A DNA stretch of 64,000 bases from Anaeromyxobacter sp. Its GTDB lineage: Bacteria; Myxococcota; Myxococcia; Myxococcales; Anaeromyxobacteraceae. The stretch covers positions 736,001-800,000 of the forward strand of contig JASGJN010000022.1 in assembly GCA_049840735.1 (NCBI GenBank), written 5' to 3'. Positions within the stretch are counted from its first letter, which is position 1, and each line of letters opens with the position of its first letter. Shown piece by piece: positions 55,071 through 64,000 of this stretch. Made by a program: the position numbers and the translations under genes. A model generated the notes under the pieces. The model did not search any database. It was not told where the DNA came from and was given only the letters and a program-made list of their open reading frames with translations.

Positions 55071-56531
55071 TTGAACATCGCCACCTTCGCGGACCTGAAG
55101 CTCTCCCCCGAGGCCCTCCGCGCCCTCGATCGCGCCGGCTTCGAGCACCCCACGCCCATCCAGGCGCAGGCCATCCCCCCCGCGCTGCTGGGGCGGGACG
55201 TGATCGGCACGGCCGCCACCGGAACCGGCAAGACGGCCGCGTTCCTGCTCCCCATCATCGATCGGCTGGCCGCCCGGCACGCGGGCGAGGGGCAGGGGCA
55301 TGGCCATGGGCACGGGCACGGGCACGCGCAGAGGGCGGGGGCGGGTGGGCCGGCGGGGCCGCGCGCGCTCATCCTGGCGCCCACCCGCGAGCTGGCGTTG
55401 CAGATATCCGAGGAGCTGGAGCGGTTCGGGCACGGGCGCAACGTACGCGGCGCGGTGGTGATCGGCGGCGTGGGGATGGGGCAGCAGGCGGAGGCGTTCC
55501 GGCAGCGGCGCGAGGTGATCGTGGCGACGCCCGGCCGCCTGGTGGACCACCTGCAGCAGGGCAACGCGCGGCTGGATGGCCTCGAGGTGCTGGTGCTCGA
55601 CGAGGCCGACCGGATGCTGGACATGGGGTTCAAGCCGCAGCTGGACCGGATCCTGGCGCGCGTGCCGCGCAAGCGACAGACCCTGCTGTTCAGCGCGACC
55701 ATGGGCGACGAGGTCGCCGCCTTCGCGCGGGCGCACCTGCAGGACCCGGTGCGCGTCGAGGTGGTCCGGAGCGGGACCACCGCGTCGCGGGCCGAGCAGG
55801 CGGTCTACCACGCGGCGCAGGACGAGAAGCTGGCGCTGCTCCTCGAGCTGCTGGCGCGCGAGGACGTGTCCACCCTGGTCTTCACGCGCACCAAGCGGCG
55901 CGCGGACCGCGTGGCCAAGGGGGTCGGGCGGGCCGGGCACAAGGTGGCGCGCATCCACGCCGACCGCTCGCAGGCCCAGCGCCGGATGGCGCTGGAGGGG
56001 TTCAAGGACGGGCAGTACCGCGTGCTGGTGGCGACGGACATCGCCGCGCGAGGGATTGACGTCGCGGACATCGGCCACGTCATCAACTTCGATCTGCCGC
56101 ACGTCCCAGAGGACTATGTGCACCGCGTGGGGCGGACAGCGCGCGCTGCGGCGAGCGGCCGCGCCTCGAGCTTCACCTCTCCGGAGGAGCAGGACCTGCT
56201 CCGCGCGATCGAGAAGCTGACCCGCACCCAGATCCCCAGAGTAGATGTGCCGCGCGACGCCGAGGTGTTCCAGGCGGAGCTCAAGCGGTCGGCGGAGGGG
56301 CGGGCGAACACCAACCCGCCACAAGGGGCCCAGGGCGGTCGCATCCGAACCGGGCGACCGGGGCCGGGGAAGCGCAAGGGAGCGGCGCGCGCCTCCGGCG
56401 GTGGAGGCGGCGGCAGGCACGGAGGAGCTTCCCGGGGCGGCGCGGGGACCGAGGGAGGGGAGGGGAACTCCAGCGCTGGCGGCGGGAAGCCGAAGCTGAT
56501 CGGGACCTGGGGACCCAAGCGGCGGCGCTAG
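55071..56531 (+). CDS. DEAD-box RNA helicase (RhlE-like)
   Basis: PTPIQ, ATGTGKT, PTRELA, DEAD, SAT, ARGID, HRVGRTAR; TTG start inferred. Confidence 0.93.
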   Translation: MNIATFADLKLSPEALRALDRAGFEHPTPIQAQAIPPALLGRDVIGTAATGTGKTAAFLLPIIDRLAARHAGEGQGHGHGHGHGHAQRAGAGGPAGPRALILAPTRELALQISEELERFGHGRNVRGAVVIGGVGMGQQAEAFRQRREVIVATPGRLVDHLQQGNARLDGLEVLVLDEADRMLDMGFKPQLDRILARVPRKRQTLLFSATMGDEVAAFARAHLQDPVRVEVVRSGTTASRAEQAVYHAAQDEKLALLLELLAREDVSTLVFTRTKRRADRVAKGVGRAGHKVARIHADRSQAQRRMALEGFKDGQYRVLVATDIAARGIDVADIGHVINFDLPHVPEDYVHRVGRTARAAASGRASSFTSPEEQDLLRAIEKLTRTQIPRVDVPRDAEVFQAELKRSAEGRANTNPPQGAQGGRIRTGRPGPGKRKGAARASGGGGGGRHGGASRGGAGTEGGEGNSSAGGGKPKLIGTWGPKRRR

Positions 56532-56560
56532 TCAGGCCAGGACGTCCCGGCCCATGCTGC

Positions 56561-57453
56561 TCATCCGAACGCCTCGCAGGGCTGGTGGTGCTGGACGCGC
56601 AGCAGGTAGGTTCCGGCCGGGAAGATCTCGGCCAGTGTGCCCGCCTCGCGCTTCCTCCAGGCCGCGCGGTAGCGCTCGAGGAACTCCCTGATCCGCGCGA
56701 GCGCCTGTTTCAGCCGCTCGGGGTCTCGCGCCGCGACCAGAGGCTTCGGGGAGCGGCGCGGCGGCGGGGAGGTCGGCCGGCTCAGCGGTGCCTGATCGAG
56801 GACGCGCTGGCGCCCCAGGAACGGCTTGCCCTTGGCCCGCGCCTTGTCGCGCGCCAGTCGCACGAGCTCGTCCAGGCGGGACACGACGCGTTCACGGAAC
56901 TCCGCGGCCGACGCGAAGCCCTTCGGCACGGTCAGCCGGAGCGTGGCGGTCTCCGGGAGGTCGCCGTCCATCAGGAAGAACACCTCCGGTCGCGCGATGA
57001 CCGTCTCCGTGCCGAAGGCGGCCGGGTCGGAGAAGGCGCCGGGCCACTCGCCGGGGTCGAACACGAGGTTGGCGGCCACGGGGTTGGCGAGCGTGTACGC
57101 TCCCTGCTCGACCACGGCCTCGTCAGTCTCCACCGCGACATCGTTGTAGCTGCCGGGCCTCCAGAAGTTCTCGGTGTTGCCGACGTGCGGGTTCAGGGCC
57201 CGAGCGATGAGCGACATGGCCAACTGCATGAACTCCGGAAGCCTCGCGGACACGTCCGTGAGCAAGAGGTGGAGGTGGTTCGACATCACCAGGTAGGCGT
57301 GGATTCGACCCCCGTCCTCTGCGCCGCGACCGCCAGCGCGTACTCGACGACCTGGTTCGTCACCGCGCTTGGCGTCAGCAGGAAGCGCCGCAGCGAGCAG
57401 TTGCGGGTGACGAAGTGGATCATCTTCGGGAGGATGCGGCGAGGAAAGGACAT
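56561..57453 (-). mobile_element. Y1 (IS200/RAYT-like) HUH transposase; frameshift at ~57305
   Basis: HFVTRNC...RFLL, AYLVMSNHLH (HUH), FWRPGSY, YTLANPV. Confidence 0.82.
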
Positions 57454-57715
57454 GCGGCTGCGCCTTCGCATGCCCCGTGCCGAGCGCCAGGCCCAGCGGG
57501 CACGCGGGGTTGCGCTCCAGCGAGTGGCATGGACGGTCCGCGGCGCGGTCGCAGCGGCTGAACCGCGGACCATCGAGGTACTCTCGGTCATCCGTCATCG
57601 GGCCGCATTCAGCCGCAGTGGGCCATTGCAGAAGGGACCCGCCTGCGCGCACGCGCCGCAGGCCGGAGTCCTCTCGGTCGGCGTGAAGGCGGTCGTTGCG
57701 AAAGTACTCTGGGCT

Positions 57716-59113
57716 TCAGGCGGCGGCGCGCGCGCGGCTGCGGCGGGCGTACTTCACCCACCGCCGCTGCCGCCAGCGCCGGTACATCAGCAGGCCGCGC
57801 AGCCATTCGTCGGCTGCCATCGAGATCCACACGCCGGTGAGCCCGAGCCCGGCCTTGAGCCCGAGCAGCCACGCCAGCGGCACCCAGACGCCCCACATGG
57901 AGGCGAGACCGACGAGGACCGGGAACTTCACGTCGCCGGTGGCCCGGAGCGAGTTGATCACCACCACGTTGAAGACCCGGCCCGGCTCGAGCACCAGGCC
58001 GATGCGCAGCAGCAACGCCCCGGTGGCGATCACGACGGCGTCCTGCGTGAACAGCCCCAGCAGCCGGGGCGCCGCCACGGCCACGGCCGTCACCACGGCC
58101 AGGGCCAGCAGGATCCCGGTCCGCAGCGACCGGAGCAGCTGCCGGTACGCGGCCTCGATCTCACCCGCGCCCACAAGGTGCCCGACCAGCAGCTCGGTCC
58201 CGATCCCGATGGAGATGCTGAACTGGATCACCCAGGTGGTGACCTGCATCGTGTAGGTCTGCGTCGCCAGCGCCGGCCCGCCCATGCGCGCCACGAAGGA
58301 GGTGACCACCATCAGCGCCAGCCACCAGCTCAGGTTCTCGCCAGCGGCGGGGAGGCCGATGTGGAGGATCCGGGCCAGCCGCTCGCGGGGCAGGTCGAAG
58401 TAGTCGCGCAGCCGGGGTCGGATGCGGGTGTAGTGGTGGACCAGCACGTAGAGCGCCGCCGAGGCGAGCAGGCGGCTTGCCACGCTGGAGAGCGCGACGC
58501 CCACGACGCCCATGCGCGGCAGGCCGAACCAGCCGAACAGGAGCAGGGCGTTCCCCGCCGCGTTGAGCACGTTCTGCCCGACCGTGACCAGCATCGCCAC
58601 GCGGGTGTGCCCGTGCGCCCGCAGCACCGCGGCCTGGGCCACGTTGCGCGCCTCGACGAAGAGCGTGCCGCCCATCAGCAGCAGGAACGGCAGCGCGTAC
58701 TCCAGCGGCCTGCCCTCGAGCTGCATCAGCCGGAGCAGCGGCTCGGCCAGCCCGGCCATCGCCGCGCTCACCAGCAGGCCGAACCAGGTGTTCACCGCCA
58801 CCGCGGCGGCGCCGATCCGCTCGGCCCCCGGCCGGTCCCCGGCGCCGAGGTGGTGGGTGATCACCACGCTCGCGCCCACCGCCACGAAGTTGAACAGGAT
58901 GATGGCCAGCGTGACGAACTGGTTGGCCACGCCCAGGCCGGCCACGGCGTCGTCGCCCACGTGGGCCACCATGAAGGTGTCCACCGTGCCGATCAGCACG
59001 CGCAGCGCCTGCTCGACGAAGATGGGCCAGGCCAGGGCCAGCAGCCCGGCCCGCACCAGGGGGTGATCGTCGCCCTGGGGGCGGGGCGGCTGCGCTGGGG
59101 CTGTGTCGCTCAC
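57716..59113 (-). CDS. MATE-family efflux transporter
   Basis: LAWPIFVEQ...DTFMV, IGLPAAGE, SLRATGD, DEWLRG; many TM segments. Confidence 0.92.
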   Translation of the reverse strand: MSDTAPAQPPRPQGDDHPLVRAGLLALAWPIFVEQALRVLIGTVDTFMVAHVGDDAVAGLGVANQFVTLAIILFNFVAVGASVVITHHLGAGDRPGAERIGAAAVAVNTWFGLLVSAAMAGLAEPLLRLMQLEGRPLEYALPFLLLMGGTLFVEARNVAQAAVLRAHGHTRVAMLVTVGQNVLNAAGNALLLFGWFGLPRMGVVGVALSSVASRLLASAALYVLVHHYTRIRPRLRDYFDLPRERLARILHIGLPAAGENLSWWLALMVVTSFVARMGGPALATQTYTMQVTTWVIQFSISIGIGTELLVGHLVGAGEIEAAYRQLLRSLRTGILLALAVVTAVAVAAPRLLGLFTQDAVVIATGALLLRIGLVLEPGRVFNVVVINSLRATGDVKFPVLVGLASMWGVWVPLAWLLGLKAGLGLTGVWISMAADEWLRGLLMYRRWRQRRWVKYARRSRARAAA

Positions 59114-59133
59114 TGCGTGGTCCGTTCGGGCGT

Positions 59134-60042
59134 TCACCGGGCCCGGAAGGCGGCCTCGAGCTGCGCTGGCGTGATCAACGCCGAGGTGGACGCCTTGATT
59201 CCGCAGGTGTGACGTGCGGTGATCTGTCCGCGGCGGACCGCGTCCTCCAGATCGTACCCGTCGAGCACGTGGCTCGCGAGGAAGCCGACCGCCAGCCCAT
59301 CGCCGGCGCCGTTGGTGTCGACCACCGGGGTCTCCGAGCGGACCGGCTCGAAGAGGCGGATCCCGTCGCGCGTGCCCAGGGCGCAGCCGCGCGCGCCCAT
59401 CCCAGACACCACGACCAGCTCCGGCCGGTGCCGGAGCACGTCGCGGATCAGCGGGGACGGATCGGGGTGGTTGGCTGCGGAGAAGAAGAGGATGTCCGCC
59501 TGGTCGACGAAGTCCTGGCGATAGGGGTCCGGCCAGTGCACCACGTCCTGCAGGTCGGCGGCGATCCTGACGCCCAGCGCGCGCGCCACCGGGAGCAGCC
59601 GGCGCGCCCAGTTGGGCAGGTGGAAGTGCGCCAGGCGAGCGCGCGCCAGCACCGCCCGGCAGCGGTCCAGGTCCGGCTCGAGCTGCATGTGGCCGCCGCC
59701 GTCGTAGAAGTTCTTCCGGCGGCCGTCCTGGTACATCAGGTTGACCGAGCGGCTGGTGCCGGCGGGATCGACGAAGGTGGCGGAGAGGTCGACGCCGTCG
59801 CGCGCCAGCTCGTCCTTCACCCACCGGCCCATCGGGTCGTCGCCGACGTAGCCGATGAAGGCGGTCCGCTTCCCGAGCTGGGCGTAGCCGCGGCTGGTGT
59901 AACCGCCCGCCTGGCCCACGTTGTCCAGGTTGCGGGTGAAGTTCGCCTCCACGGACCAGTCGATGTCGCGGCCGTGGAAGTAGACGTTGGTGTCGATTCC
60001 GACGTTGCCGACGACGACGACGTCGAGGTCGCGGTTTGGCAT
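59134..60042 (-). CDS. PfkB-family carbohydrate kinase
   Basis: GYVGDDPMG, GMGARG, DTNGAGD. Confidence 0.9.
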   Translation of the reverse strand: MPNRDLDVVVVGNVGIDTNVYFHGRDIDWSVEANFTRNLDNVGQAGGYTSRGYAQLGKRTAFIGYVGDDPMGRWVKDELARDGVDLSATFVDPAGTSRSVNLMYQDGRRKNFYDGGGHMQLEPDLDRCRAVLARARLAHFHLPNWARRLLPVARALGVRIAADLQDVVHWPDPYRQDFVDQADILFFSAANHPDPSPLIRDVLRHRPELVVVSGMGARGCALGTRDGIRLFEPVRSETPVVDTNGAGDGLAVGFLASHVLDGYDLEDAVRRGQITARHTCGIKASTSALITPAQLEAAFRAR

Positions 60043-60074
60043 GAGGGCGCCCCCTCCCGAGGGCGCCCCCTTCT

Positions 60075-61430
60075 CTATTCGATCTTCGGCAGCTTCGCGA
60101 GCGACGCCCGGACGCGCTCGGCGGGATACTCGTAGTCCTCGAGCTCGCCGGCGAAGAAGGCGTCGTAGGCGGCCATGTCCACGTGGCCGTGGCCGGAGAG
60201 GTTGAAGAGGATGACCTTCTCCTTCCCCTCCTCCTTGGCGCGCAGCGCCTCGTCGATGGCGCCGCGGATGGCGTGCGACGACTCGGGGGCGGGGATGATG
60301 GCCTCGGTCCCGGCGAACTGGACCGCCGCCTCGAAGCAGGAGAGCTGGCCGACGGCGCGCGCCTCCACCAGCCCCGCGTGGACCAGCTGCGAGACCAGCG
60401 GCGAGGCGCCGTGGTAGCGCAGGCCGCCGGCGTGGATGCCGGGCGGCATGAAGTCGTGACCCAGCGTGTACATCTTGGCCACCGGTGCCATCTTGGCGGT
60501 GTCGCCGTAGTCGAAGGTGTAGATGCCCTGGGTGAGCGTGGGGCAGGAGGACGGCTCGATGGCCAGGACCTTCAGGTCCTTGCCCGCCGCCTTGTCCGCC
60601 AGGAACGGGAAGGCGATGCCGGCGAAGTTCGAGCCGCCGCCGTGGCAGCCGATGACCACGTCGGCCCCCTTCTCGCCCGCCAGCGCCAGCTGCTCCTTGG
60701 CCTCGAGGCCGATGATGGTCTGGTGCAGGCAGACGTGGTTCAGCACCGAGCCGAGCGCGTAGCGCGTGTCATCGTGGGTGGCGGCGTCCTCGACCGCCTC
60801 GGAGATGGCGATGCCGAGGGACCCCTGGCTGTCCGGGTCGCCGGCCAGGATGCCGCGCCCGGCGTTGGTGCTGGGCGAGGGCGAGGCGACCACGTCGGCG
60901 CCCCACAGCGACATCATGCTCTTGCGATAGGGCTTCTGCTTGAAGGAGATCTTCACCATGTACACGGTGCAGGCCAGGCCGAACATCTTGGCCGCGAGCG
61001 CCATGGAGGTGCCCCACTGGCCGGCGCCGGTCTCGGTGGCGATGCGCTTCGTCCCGGCCAGCTTGTTGTAGTAGGCCTGCGGGATCGCCGTGTTGGGCTT
61101 GTGCGAGCCGGCGGGCGAGACGCCCTCGTACTTGTAGTAGATGCGGGCCGGGGTCCCCAGCGCCTGCTCGAGCCGGCTGGCGCGGAAGAGCGGGGAGGGG
61201 CGCCAGAGCCGGTAGATCTCGCGGACCGGCTCGGGGATGGGGATCCAGCGCTCGGGCGACATCTCCTGCTCGATGAGCTCCATCGGGAAGAGCGGCAGCA
61301 GATCGTTCGGCGTCACAGGCTGGAGCGTCCCCGGGTGGATCACCGGCGCGAGCGCGCCAGGCAGGTCGGGGATGATGTTGTACCAGTGGGTCGGGATCCG
61401 GTCCTCGCCGAGCAGGATCTTGTGCTGCAT
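60075..61430 (-). CDS. trpB2: Tryptophan synthase beta chain-like PLP enzyme (TrpB2)
   Basis: [40 protein letters not shown]; no trpA adjacent. Confidence 0.93.
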   Translation of the reverse strand: MQHKILLGEDRIPTHWYNIIPDLPGALAPVIHPGTLQPVTPNDLLPLFPMELIEQEMSPERWIPIPEPVREIYRLWRPSPLFRASRLEQALGTPARIYYKYEGVSPAGSHKPNTAIPQAYYNKLAGTKRIATETGAGQWGTSMALAAKMFGLACTVYMVKISFKQKPYRKSMMSLWGADVVASPSPSTNAGRGILAGDPDSQGSLGIAISEAVEDAATHDDTRYALGSVLNHVCLHQTIIGLEAKEQLALAGEKGADVVIGCHGGGSNFAGIAFPFLADKAAGKDLKVLAIEPSSCPTLTQGIYTFDYGDTAKMAPVAKMYTLGHDFMPPGIHAGGLRYHGASPLVSQLVHAGLVEARAVGQLSCFEAAVQFAGTEAIIPAPESSHAIRGAIDEALRAKEEGKEKVILFNLSGHGHVDMAAYDAFFAGELEDYEYPAERVRASLAKLPKIE

Positions 61431-61653
61431 TGCAGACCTCGATTCAGCCGGAGCGCAGGCGCGCGCCTTGTAGATGGGTGGGGAAAGCCCGCGATTAGCT
61501 CAGACCCGTGCGGGCTGCGTCAAGCGCGAACACCGTTTCGTTCACACGCCTTGGCGGGCACCCACCGGTGCAGGCCAAGGCGGCGGGCGAAGGCGGTACC
61601 ACGGAGGCACACTGCCGTCCGCTTCGGATGGCCAGCTACAGGGGTGGAACAAC

Positions 61654-63207
61654 ATGACATGTGCACGTGGAAGGGCCGCCCTGGCGGCGCTCCTCCTGGT
61701 GTTGGGCGGGACGGCGCAGGCCGCCGATCCCATCGCGTTGAACATCGAACGCCTGCGGCTCGATCCCGGCGCGAGCGGGTCGCTGGTGGTGGGCAGCGGC
61801 GAGGTGGTCGGAAAGGCGCAGCTCCGGCTCAGCCTGGCGGGCCACTTCGAGTACAGGCCGCTCATCCTGGCCGACGACGGGGACCTCCGCGGCCGCGGCG
61901 TCGGGTACCAGCGCTCGCGCGCGGCCGACCTGGTCGAGAACCGCACCACCATCCACGCCGTGTTCGCAGCCGGCCTCACGGACAAGCTGGAGCTCGACTT
62001 CGAGCTGCCCATCGTCGCCTACCAGGGCGGCGGCAGCGACTCCCTGGGGATCGCCTCGCCGGACCAGGGCGGCATCGCGTCCCCGGCCATCGGACTCCGC
62101 TACGCGCTGATGACCGGTGGGCCGACCACCGCCGGCGTGGCCGTGGAGACGCGGCCGCAGTGGGCCAAGACCCTTCAGTACGGCGGCGAGGAGGGCTGGC
62201 TCATCGAGCCGCGCGTCGAGGGCGGACACCGCCTGGGCAGCTCGCTCTTGACCGCCAAGCTCGGCGGGCGCTTCCGGACCGAGAAGGCCGACCTCTCCAA
62301 CGGCGAGTCCCTCGGGCACGAGGTCCTGGCAGGCCTGGCCTGGAGCACGACCGGAAAGGGCGTGCGATTCGAGGCCTCCGCGCTGGGCGACTTCAACTTC
62401 GACGGGCTCTCGCAGCGCGCCGAGCTGCTGGGCGGCGTGCGGCTGCCGCTCGGGTCCGAAGGCGACCTGTTCCTGCTCGCGGGCCCGGGCTTCTTCGAGG
62501 CGCCTGGCACGCCCACCTTCCGTGCGCTGCTGGGCGTCTCGCTCGGCACGAAGAAGGCCGAGCCGCCGCCGCCGCCGCCTCCTCCTCCGCCGCCCCCTCC
62601 CCCGGATCCGTGCGCGGCCGGCCAGGCCCACACGCCGGAGCAGTGCCCGGCCCTCGACGATGACGCCGACGGCATCCAGAACGGCCAGGACCGCTGTCCG
62701 TTGGAGAAGGGCATCCCCGAGATGCAGGGCTGCCCGGCCCGGGACGGGGACGGCGATGGGGTGCCGGACCACCTCGACAAGTGCCCCGATCAGCCGGGCG
62801 TCCCGGAGGCGGAGGGGTGCCCGCCGGCGCGGGCGGAGATCAAGGCGGGCAAGATCTCCATCCAGGAGCGCGTCTACTTCGACACCGGCAAGGCCACCGT
62901 GCAGCCGCGCTCCTTCCCGGTGCTCGACGACGTGGCCGCACTCCTCCGCGCCAACCCCGGCGTCACCGGCGTGATCATCGAAGGTCACACCGACTCCCGC
63001 GGGTCCCCGACCCAGAACCGCAAGCTCTCGCAGGGGCGGGCGGAGGCCGTGCGTGACTACCTCGTCCAGAAGGGCGTGGACGCCGGCCGGCTGGAACCCC
63101 AGGGGCTCGGGCCGGATCGACCCGTGGCCGACAACGCCACCGCCGCCGGTCGCGAGGCCAACCGGCGTGTGGAGTTCGTGATCCGCGACGTGAAGCCGGC
63201 GCCGTGA
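61654..63207 (+). CDS. OmpA-family outer membrane protein (beta-barrel, poly-Pro, TSP3-like repeats, OmpA domain)
   Basis: Signal peptide, 14 consecutive Pro, DGDGDGVPDHLDKCP, EGHTDSRG, NRRVEF. Confidence 0.9.
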   Translation: MTCARGRAALAALLLVLGGTAQAADPIALNIERLRLDPGASGSLVVGSGEVVGKAQLRLSLAGHFEYRPLILADDGDLRGRGVGYQRSRAADLVENRTTIHAVFAAGLTDKLELDFELPIVAYQGGGSDSLGIASPDQGGIASPAIGLRYALMTGGPTTAGVAVETRPQWAKTLQYGGEEGWLIEPRVEGGHRLGSSLLTAKLGGRFRTEKADLSNGESLGHEVLAGLAWSTTGKGVRFEASALGDFNFDGLSQRAELLGGVRLPLGSEGDLFLLAGPGFFEAPGTPTFRALLGVSLGTKKAEPPPPPPPPPPPPPPDPCAAGQAHTPEQCPALDDDADGIQNGQDRCPLEKGIPEMQGCPARDGDGDGVPDHLDKCPDQPGVPEAEGCPPARAEIKAGKISIQERVYFDTGKATVQPRSFPVLDDVAALLRANPGVTGVIIEGHTDSRGSPTQNRKLSQGRAEAVRDYLVQKGVDAGRLEPQGLGPDRPVADNATAAGREANRRVEFVIRDVKPAP

Positions 63208-63210
63208 TCA

Positions 63211-63255
63211 GTCCGCTCGCCCGCTCGTTCCGCTCCGCGGGACGGGCGGGCGGGC
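63211..63255. terminator. GC-rich hairpin between convergent genes
   Basis: GTCCGCTCGCCCG / CGGGCGGGCGGGC; no U-tract. Confidence 0.35.
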
Positions 63256-63257
63256 GC

Positions 63258-64000
63258 CTACGCCATCATCTCCCCGCCGTCCACGTGCAGCGCCTGGCCG
63301 GTCACGGCCGGGCTGCGGGCGAGGTAGACCGCGGCCTCGGCCACTTCCTCGGGCGTCGCGGGACGGCCGAGCGGGTTGCTCCTCAGCAGCACCTGCCGCG
63401 CCTCGGCCTGGGTGCGCCCGGTGGCCAGCGCGACCGCGTCCACGGCCTCGTCCATCATCCTCGTCTCGGTCCAGCTCGGGCATATGGCGTTGGCGGTCAC
63501 GCCCTTCTTCGCCCCCTCCAGCGCCACGCTCCGCGTCAGCCCGATGAGCCCGTGCTTGGCGGCGGCGTAGGCCGCCCCGTACTTGAGCCCCATCCGCCCC
63601 GCCACCGAGGCGACATTGATGATCCGGCCCCAGCCTCGGTCGTACATGGCCGGCAGGCAGGCCCGGGTGAGCAGGAAGGGTGCGGTCAGGTTCACCGCCA
63701 GGAGGGCGTCCCAGGTCACATCCTCCAGCGCGTGCGCCGGCGCGCTCTGGTGCAGGCCGGCGTTGTTCACCAGGATCTCCACCGGACCCAGCGCCTCGGC
63801 CACCGCTGCCGGCGCGCGCGCCAGCGTCTCCCGGTCCAGCACGTCGAGCGGCAGGAAGAGCGTGCGCCGCCCCAGCGCCGCCACCTCCGCAGCCACCGCC
63901 TCGATCTCCGGTACCGTGCGCGCCGCCACCGCCACGTCGGCGCCCGCCCGCGCCAGCGCCAGCGCGATGGACCGCCCGATGCCGCGGCCACCACCGGTCA
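63258..64000 (-). CDS. Short-chain dehydrogenase/reductase (5'-partial)
   Basis: TGGGRGIG, NNAG, YAAAK, NAICP, VDGG. Confidence 0.9.
   Translation of the reverse strand, partial: TGGGRGIGRSIALALARAGADVAVAARTVPEIEAVAAEVAALGRRTLFLPLDVLDRETLARAPAAVAEALGPVEILVNNAGLHQSAPAHALEDVTWDALLAVNLTAPFLLTRACLPAMYDRGWGRIINVASVAGRMGLKYGAAYAAAKHGLIGLTRSVALEGAKKGVTANAICPSWTETRMMDEAVDAVALATGRTQAEARQVLLRSNPLGRPATPEEVAEAAVYLARSPAVTGQALHVDGGEMMA

Noticed and set aside
61551..61572. Possible sigma54 promoter upstream of the OmpA gene (a similar one lies at 28580-28596)
   Set aside because: GG-to-GC spacing is 11, not the required 10.

Overview
Very GC-rich bacterial DNA with Anaeromyxobacter/Myxococcota-like gene content (taxonomy inferred, not measured). 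Left to right: a moxR-DUF58-batABCD-type operon; a ZIP transporter, a tiny Fis-like ORF and dusB; a LysM lytic transglycosylase; a lipoprotein/ABC module; trmB; an ECF sigma operon; alaS; two hydrolases; and a complete dcw cluster (mraZ to ftsZ). The dcw cluster carries a STAS gene after mraZ and is split between ddl and ftsQ by three opposite-strand genes: a triheme cytochrome c, a ~10-heme cytochrome c and a thioredoxin-like/TPR protein. Further right: an SDR, a SUKH-like/HTH hypothetical protein, a structured intergenic region, a chemoreceptor with a periplasmic CxxCH, a GH31, a DEAD-box helicase, a Y1/RAYT-like transposase, MATE, a PfkB kinase, trpB2, an OmpA/TSP3 protein and a partial SDR. 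About 13-14 single-base frameshifts occur, one in essential ftsI. They are probably sequencing errors, and nearly all lie at or beside GATC or GAGAY, which may reflect DNA modification. No rRNA, tRNA or CRISPR array was seen. All calls were made by eye, with no searches run.
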